Below are positions 58,613 to 64,000 of a stretch of 64,000 nt of DNA, piece after piece (position 1 is the first letter of the stretch; every line of letters begins with the position of its first letter). The stretch is from Clostridia bacterium (lineage in GTDB: Bacteria > Bacillota > Clostridia > TANB77 > CAG-465), in the NCBI GenBank assembly GCA_017626395.1, contig JAGAIU010000011.1, forward strand, positions 20,917-84,916. The letters are read 5' to 3'. The notes beneath the pieces were generated by a model. It saw only the letters and a list, made by a program, of their open reading frames with translations. It was not told the DNA's origin and made no database searches. The position numbers and the translations under genes are program-made.

Positions 58613-59491
58613 ATGACTAAAAAAGAAAACGTTGCTAAAATAGCAAAAGAAGTTAAAACAAGCGTGGAAAAAAAATATAAAATTCCAAGCAAAACAGATG
58701 CAGGAATAGGATATACCTATCCTGAATATGCATATATATTAGCAAAAGCAGTTATAACACCAGGTAAAGATGTTGCACATAAAAAGAACATAGGTGAGGC
58801 ACCTAAACCTTCTGGAAGTACAATATCAAGAACAGTTAAAAAAGGAGACTATGTAAAATTAGCTAAAAATTTAATATCTTTTGTAGACAATAACAAAAGA
58901 CTACCAAATTATCTTACATATGGTGGATACAAAATTAGAACTAGAGTATATATTGATGCTTTTGCCAGAATAGTTAATTATTATTACACTAATAAAAGAA
59001 TGCCTGCTTATGTAAATGTAAACAGTAAAGCATTTACCAAACCATCAACAGCAGCACAAAGTAAAGACGAAGTATTTAATTACTTTGTTAAAAAATTCGG
59101 TAATGTTAAAACTATCGATGAAGCCTTTAATAAGGTAAAAGAACGGGGATATGGATATTATTACGACGACGTCTACTCTAACAAGACTTCTATCGATAGA
59201 ATGTATTCTAAATCAGGTATTAACTGTACAGACAGTTGTCAAGTATTTTGGCACATAGGTAAAGCATTAGGATATTCCGTTCGTTGTTTACACGTTAGAT
59301 GTTCAGGTGGAGATGGACACGTAAGATTACAGTTTAAACATCCTAAAAATACAGAAGGAAATTGGATTAATCGTGACCCAGCTGCAATTTTATCAGCTAA
59401 TGGTCGTCCATTAACTTATAATTGGTGTACTTCCAATTACACATTATTAGCGACTAATCCGAGCTGGTTTACTGCTAATCTCAACAGATAA
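58613..59491 (+). CDS. PeiW/PeiP-like pseudomurein endoisopeptidase (endolysin) with pseudomurein-binding repeat; ORF-track start 58604 is a GTG, and the ATG at 58613 is preferred
   Basis: N-terminal KGDYVKLAKNLISFVDNNKRLPNYLTYGGYKI plus a second partial copy (...NKRMPAYVNV) resembles the PMBR. C-terminal NCTDSCQVFWHIGKALGYSVRCLHVRCSGGDGHVRLQF...NWINRDPA is the Cys-His-Asp core. Confidence 0.7.
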   Translation: MTKKENVAKIAKEVKTSVEKKYKIPSKTDAGIGYTYPEYAYILAKAVITPGKDVAHKKNIGEAPKPSGSTISRTVKKGDYVKLAKNLISFVDNNKRLPNYLTYGGYKIRTRVYIDAFARIVNYYYTNKRMPAYVNVNSKAFTKPSTAAQSKDEVFNYFVKKFGNVKTIDEAFNKVKERGYGYYYDDVYSNKTSIDRMYSKSGINCTDSCQVFWHIGKALGYSVRCLHVRCSGGDGHVRLQFKHPKNTEGNWINRDPAAILSANGRPLTYNWCTSNYTLLATNPSWFTANLNR

Positions 59492-59554
59492 AATATTTAA
59501 ATACTTAAGAAATTAATAAATTAATTGCCCAACAAGGCAATCACCTCCATTCCT

Positions 59555-59577
59555 AAAGGGCATTTTTATGCCCTTTT
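59555..59577 (+). terminator. hairpin AAAGGGCAT-tttt-ATGCCCTTT followed by T-rich tract, downstream of the endolysin
   Basis: Read directly. A 9-bp perfect stem. A second small inverted repeat ATTGCC-caacaa-GGCAAT lies at 59524..59541. Confidence 0.5.
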
Positions 59578-59659
59578 AATTATAACTTTTTCTTATTTTC
59601 AAATTTTATATACATTAGAAATGTGAAATAATATTTAAATAAACGATTATTTAGGTATT

Positions 59660-60871
59660 ATGATATTAAAGAACGCTGATACTATTTTTATTGAAGGAAA
59701 AGATGTACAACGTATTAAAATCTTAAACGATGTTGTATGGGAGAAAATTAAAGCCACCACTTTAACATTAACATCATCAACAACATCAACCAGTTTTATT
59801 AATAGTTTTACGCTGACAGCCACATTAAAAGAAACTAATAGTGGAGCCCCTGTAGCAGGAAGTATAGATTTTTACGATGGCAATACAAAAATAGGTACAA
59901 GTAATATTACCATTAATAATAATGTTGCAACAGCTACTTTTAGTACAAGTAGCAATAAAATTGGACAACATAATTATTATGCAAAATACAATGGGACAAA
60001 AAAACATAAAGCTTCTCAAAGCTCTAATAGAACTATTAGTATCAATAAAGACACACCAAAATTATCAAGATTAGGTAGTACTACAAATATATATAATACT
60101 TGGGATATCGGCGTAAAAATGGTAGACAGTAAAGGTAATGCTATTGCAAATCGTAACATTGCTTTTTCTTCTGGGGGTAGCGATAAAACAGATAACAAAG
60201 GAAAAGCTATCAAAACTATTAGTGGAAAAACAGAAGGTAAAACAATGTCAGTAACTTTTAGTTTTGCTGGAGATAGTTATTATAATGCAGTATCATTAAA
60301 ACAATCATATAAAATATTAGCACACACAAGTAAATCATCTGCAATTACTCATTTATCTGGAGGAAGTGGTGGACCTAGTAATAGCTCTTGTAGTAGCTGT
60401 AAAAATGATAACCATACTTCACCACGTCAAGCATGGGATTCTATTAACAAAAGTGGAACATCAAGATGTGGAAGACAAAATTGTTACTGTAAAATGATTG
60501 GTACAGCTTCAGGAACATGGAAACGTCCAGCTATATTAACAGCAAGCTTTACAAAAATTAGTGGTACAATTAAAAAGATTGAATGTTCATATTCAGACCA
60601 ATATGATAAAGGATATTCTAGTGGTGGATATCCATCAATCGGTGCTCCAACTTTGACATCAAATACATATGGTAGCTCTAAAACTAGTGGGAAACCTAAA
60701 AAAGCATCATATGGTAGTCACACAGTAACATGGTCAGGCAATGAAACAATGTCATCAACTCCAACAATTAAATTTGATTATCCTGCTAATACAGCAGGTG
60801 AAACAGGTCTGTTATATATAAAAAATATTAAACTTACAGTATATTATATTCCACCAAAAGAATCATTATAG
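59660..60871 (+). CDS. Ig-like repeat protein with Cys-rich C-terminal half (fibre-like)
   Basis: ATLKETNSGAPVAGSIDFYDGNTKIGTSNITINNNVATATF...YYAKYNGTKKHKASQS is a Big-like repeat. The C-terminal half has many Cys/Ser/Gly residues. Confidence 0.45.
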   Translation: MILKNADTIFIEGKDVQRIKILNDVVWEKIKATTLTLTSSTTSTSFINSFTLTATLKETNSGAPVAGSIDFYDGNTKIGTSNITINNNVATATFSTSSNKIGQHNYYAKYNGTKKHKASQSSNRTISINKDTPKLSRLGSTTNIYNTWDIGVKMVDSKGNAIANRNIAFSSGGSDKTDNKGKAIKTISGKTEGKTMSVTFSFAGDSYYNAVSLKQSYKILAHTSKSSAITHLSGGSGGPSNSSCSSCKNDNHTSPRQAWDSINKSGTSRCGRQNCYCKMIGTASGTWKRPAILTASFTKISGTIKKIECSYSDQYDKGYSSGGYPSIGAPTLTSNTYGSSKTSGKPKKASYGSHTVTWSGNETMSSTPTIKFDYPANTAGETGLLYIKNIKLTVYYIPPKESL

Positions 60872-60879
60872 GTGCTACA

Positions 60880-61659
60880 ATGAAAATTTCAGAAACTTTA
60901 GAGGATTTAAGTAAACGATTTGAAGAATGGCATGAAAAAAAATATAATGCATTACATTCAAGAACAATAGATACTATACAATCTTTATCAAATAATAATG
61001 ATGATGAACTTAATAACATCAAATCAAAAATGGTAGATTTAATTACTTTATTTGCAAAAAAAACCGATGGAGAAGCAAATAATATTACAGATATTAATGA
61101 TATAAATATATTATTAAATAAATATGAATCTAACAATAATAATATTAATTTAAAAACTTTTAATGAAAAAATAAATGAAATACAAAATATTAAAACATTA
61201 ATAGGTCAAAATACATCTTCATCTGCATTAAGTATTTTTGAAAGGCTAACAAATTTGGAGAATATTAATTTATCAAGCGAAAACGTACGTAATTTGATTT
61301 CATCAGCTTTTAAAGGTGAATCTATATCAGCTAATGATGATTTAAATAACTATATTACTCCTGGTATATACGTATGTAACACTAATACTACAGCTAGAAC
61401 CTTATCTAATTGTCCAACTGAATTAGCTTTTAATTTAATTGTATTAGAACATGCAACTGATAGTGTACGTCAATTTTTATCTGTTTATAATACAAATGAA
61501 AATGGTAATCAAATATGGACAAGAAATTTCTATGATTATACTAATAGTTGGAGTAATTGGACACAGATATATGGCGAACATAATACGACAAAATTACAAA
61601 TGGATGTAGAATTTTCTGATGGAACACAAAAAACATATATAATATTAACTACTCAATAG
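60880..61659 (+). CDS. fibre-like protein: N-terminal coiled coil plus C-terminal globular knob
   Basis: N/I/L-rich heptads, then NNYITPGIYVCNTNTTARTLSNCPTELAFNLIVLEH...IWTRNFYDYTNSWSNWTQIYG. Confidence 0.45.
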   Translation: MKISETLEDLSKRFEEWHEKKYNALHSRTIDTIQSLSNNNDDELNNIKSKMVDLITLFAKKTDGEANNITDINDINILLNKYESNNNNINLKTFNEKINEIQNIKTLIGQNTSSSALSIFERLTNLENINLSSENVRNLISSAFKGESISANDDLNNYITPGIYVCNTNTTARTLSNCPTELAFNLIVLEHATDSVRQFLSVYNTNENGNQIWTRNFYDYTNSWSNWTQIYGEHNTTKLQMDVEFSDGTQKTYIILTTQ

Positions 61660-61668
61660 GTGAATTAA

Positions 61669-62766
61669 ATGACTGATACAGGATTAGATGAACATATTTT
61701 ATATGTAAAAGAACAAACACTTCGTTTTGCACCACCTAAAAATCATACATCAACTAATGATGAATATGGAAAAGGTAGCGAAACCCATTATGGTCATGTT
61801 AAAGTAGAAAATACAGTAAAAGAATCAGAAAACCCAGTAAAAAGTTCAGCAATTATATCTTTTGTTGAAAATAAAATTACTACCTTAAGTGATACTTTAA
61901 CCAATAATTTACAAGAAAAACTTAATATTATTAATGATATTGACGATGACACCACAGAAAGTAGCGATAACAGATATAACATTCCCACAGCTAAAGCAAT
62001 ATGGGATAATTTACAGCCTCGTTTAAATATTTTAAATTCAATTACTTCTGAAACTACAGATGAGACTGATGGTAAAAGTAATATACCAACAGCTAAAGCA
62101 GTATGGAATGCATTATCCAGTTATAAAGATTTATTAGTTGGTGTTGATTTATCTATGCCAAAATCATATAAGCAATCAATTGATACTTTAGATACAGCTG
62201 GATACTATATATTAGACCATGATGATACAGCCCCAAAATATTTCATATATGGTGGTAGCACTATATATTATACAAATGGTTTGGCAACAATTAAAACACA
62301 ATCTGACTATATTATACAAGAAATACAAACAACTAAAAAAGAAAATGGAACTTATAAGATTAGTGGTGCTAAATATATTAGACGTGGTAAGAAAAAAACA
62401 GATAATCCAATTACATGGGAACCATGGCATGCTTTATTTATTCCTAAAACAGAAACAAGTCGTCCACAAAATTTAAAAAACGTCGATAGTATAAAAGTAT
62501 TTGAAAATACAAATGGATTTATTATCCAATGGACTCAAACAAATGGTAATCAAAATAGTTATTCAGTAAGTGCACCATTATATGAATACACAAATCTATG
62601 CGAATTTAATCCACCATTACCAATATCAGGTCCTTATATCTTTAGTAATCTAATTGGAAGAATGGATATTAAAATTACAGCAGACAAAATGCAAATACGT
62701 TCCAATATAGCACCTGGTGGTCGTATTGTAGAAGTAAATGAAACATTCTTTGTACCTCGTGATTAG
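61669..62766 (+). CDS. tail-fibre-like protein with internal repeats (NIPTAKAIWDNL / NIPTAKAVWNAL)
   Basis: Two near-identical approximately 16-aa repeats about 40 aa apart, plus a degenerate third (NPVKSSAIISFVENKI). RBS aggtga. Confidence 0.45.
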   Translation: MTDTGLDEHILYVKEQTLRFAPPKNHTSTNDEYGKGSETHYGHVKVENTVKESENPVKSSAIISFVENKITTLSDTLTNNLQEKLNIINDIDDDTTESSDNRYNIPTAKAIWDNLQPRLNILNSITSETTDETDGKSNIPTAKAVWNALSSYKDLLVGVDLSMPKSYKQSIDTLDTAGYYILDHDDTAPKYFIYGGSTIYYTNGLATIKTQSDYIIQEIQTTKKENGTYKISGAKYIRRGKKKTDNPITWEPWHALFIPKTETSRPQNLKNVDSIKVFENTNGFIIQWTQTNGNQNSYSVSAPLYEYTNLCEFNPPLPISGPYIFSNLIGRMDIKITADKMQIRSNIAPGGRIVEVNETFFVPRD

Positions 62767-62773
62767 TGATAAT

Positions 62774-64000
62774 ATGACAAAAGAAGTTAATGCACAGATT
62801 AATTTTCAAAAAAATTGTGAATACGAATCATCCACAGCTAATAGAACTATCTTTATAGAACCTCAAAGTGTTGAAATTGAAATCACAATTGTTAATCCAA
62901 ATAATGAATTATATAATAAAGAAAAAAATTATTATGATGAAGTTTTAGAAATTACAGCATCTGTTTTTCAAACTCAATCTAATGGATTAAGGAAAACTAT
63001 ACAAACAGGACGTATTGAATTTTATTATCAAGCAGATGACTCTAATAATATTAAATTAATAAATAAAGATTCAAATTCATGTGTATTAACAACTAATGGT
63101 ACAGCAGGTGTAATATATAGACCTGAAAAATCTGGTAAAATTATTGCAAAATATATAGATGATAAAGAATGGTATAAAACCACAGAACAATCTGCTACTT
63201 TTAAATTATACCCAATACCAATTGATATTAAATTTATTAAAAAACCACCCTATTTAACTCATCTAGAAGACAGCGTAGAGTTACAAGTACAAGTAACAAA
63301 AAGATACCCAAAAAATGAAAACGATGTGTTAAATTATGGTGTTGTAACTTTTTTACATTATTTAGAGCATTATGATATGGATAGCCCAAATAAACGTATT
63401 GAACGTGTTATTGGAAATCCAGTAATTGTTAAAGATGGTATTGCTACAATCAAATATATTCCTATACAGGAATATAGTGATATTGAACCTACACAATTAA
63501 TAGACAATATAGAATATATTAGAGCTATTTATAATTACGATAATGATTTATATTATGCATCTGAAAATGATACTTATAGCTATGAAGTATATTATTATGA
63601 AGAAGAATTACAAACAAATAAATGGCAATATTATGGCTCTGCAAATACATATACTAATATAGCTATTTATAAACCTAATTCTGTAACTATAGGTGTGTCT
63701 AATAAAACATTATCAGTAGATAAAATGTATCATTATGCAGAAGATGAAAATATAATTTTAAGAGCTATATTATATGATGACGATGAGCAAATTATATTAC
63801 AACAAGATGATGTTAAAACATTAACTTTTCATGTAATAGGAACATATTCAACTTTTAATAATAATTTAATCGAAAACTACAATCAAGATAATTTTATATA
63901 CCATCCATATGAATTAGATGTTAATTATGATAATTATAATAATGGTATATTTACAGCAACACTTCCTAAACTTAAACCTGGTGTATATACAGTACAAGCA
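62774..64000 (+). CDS. Ig-like repeat fibre/adhesin-like protein, 3'-truncated at window edge
   Basis: Manual translation from the ATG at 62774 (MTKEVNAQINFQKNCEYESS...) is open for 409 codons to the window end. Big-like repeat signatures (TGRIEFYYQAD...GTAGVIYRPEKSGKIIAKYIDD). Confidence 0.45.
   Translation, partial: MTKEVNAQINFQKNCEYESSTANRTIFIEPQSVEIEITIVNPNNELYNKEKNYYDEVLEITASVFQTQSNGLRKTIQTGRIEFYYQADDSNNIKLINKDSNSCVLTTNGTAGVIYRPEKSGKIIAKYIDDKEWYKTTEQSATFKLYPIPIDIKFIKKPPYLTHLEDSVELQVQVTKRYPKNENDVLNYGVVTFLHYLEHYDMDSPNKRIERVIGNPVIVKDGIATIKYIPIQEYSDIEPTQLIDNIEYIRAIYNYDNDLYYASENDTYSYEVYYYEEELQTNKWQYYGSANTYTNIAIYKPNSVTIGVSNKTLSVDKMYHYAEDENIILRAILYDDDEQIILQQDDVKTLTFHVIGTYSTFNNNLIENYNQDNFIYHPYELDVNYDNYNNGIFTATLPKLKPGVYTVQA

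Noticed and set aside
1-64000. tRNA or rRNA genes and CRISPR arrays anywhere in the window
   Set aside because: Intergenic spacers are few, short and AT-rich. None shows the GC-rich cloverleaf-compatible stems of a tRNA. No regularly spaced repeat-spacer structure was seen.
1-64000. Bacterial phage as the host assignment
   Set aside because: An archaeal/eukaryotic-type Pth2, PeiW/PeiP-like pseudomurein peptidase domains with a PMBR, and adhesin-like beta-helix/Ig proteins together point to a Methanobacteriales archaeal virus.

Overview
This window looks like an internal segment of a temperate, contractile-tailed (myovirus-like, HK97-type head module) archaeal virus or provirus. The window ends cut a partial CDS on each side (1..1081 on the minus strand, and 62774..64000). 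The sequence is AT-rich (about 70% A+T by eye) and densely coding, so the likely host is a pseudomurein-walled methanogen of the Methanobacteriales, with a Methanobrevibacter- or Methanosphaera-like composition. Three lines of evidence point there: three proteins carry a Cys-His-Asp transglutaminase-fold domain of the PeiW/PeiP pseudomurein-endoisopeptidase type, one of them with a pseudomurein-binding repeat; an archaeal/eukaryotic-type peptidyl-tRNA hydrolase (Pth2) is present; and there are giant adhesin-like fibre proteins built from Ig-like repeats and parallel beta-helix modules. The layout is as follows. At 1..2086 on the minus strand there is an early/regulatory module containing an HTH protein. 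On the plus strand a Pei-like peptidase is followed by the large terminase, a portal candidate, a prohead protease-scaffold fusion, a candidate capsid protein and head-tail joining genes. Next come a putative sheath, the tail tube, two overlapping chaperone ORFs bracketed by terminator hairpins, and a 2832-aa tape measure protein. The baseplate block that follows includes a J-like protein, a gp25-like candidate, a Zn-ribbon-rich protein and a second Pei-like peptidase. After it come a 3815-aa fibre and three further Ig-repeat fibre genes. A tyrosine integrase (52468..53547) is followed by a leftward nine-gene accessory operon that includes Pth2 and a Pol-beta-type nucleotidyltransferase. A PMBR-containing Pei-type endolysin and a second set of fibre-like genes finish the window. 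No rRNA, tRNA or CRISPR was seen. The items most worth a second look are the int-lysin accessory operon (Pth2 + nucleotidyltransferase + Zn-ribbon and Cys-rich proteins), an HExxH zincin motif embedded in the tape measure protein, a short C-terminal peptide module present three times (once only via an in-frame TGA), and a GC-elevated lectin-like C-terminal domain ending in a perfect palindrome. All functional calls rest on motifs read from the translations and on gene order; no database search was possible.
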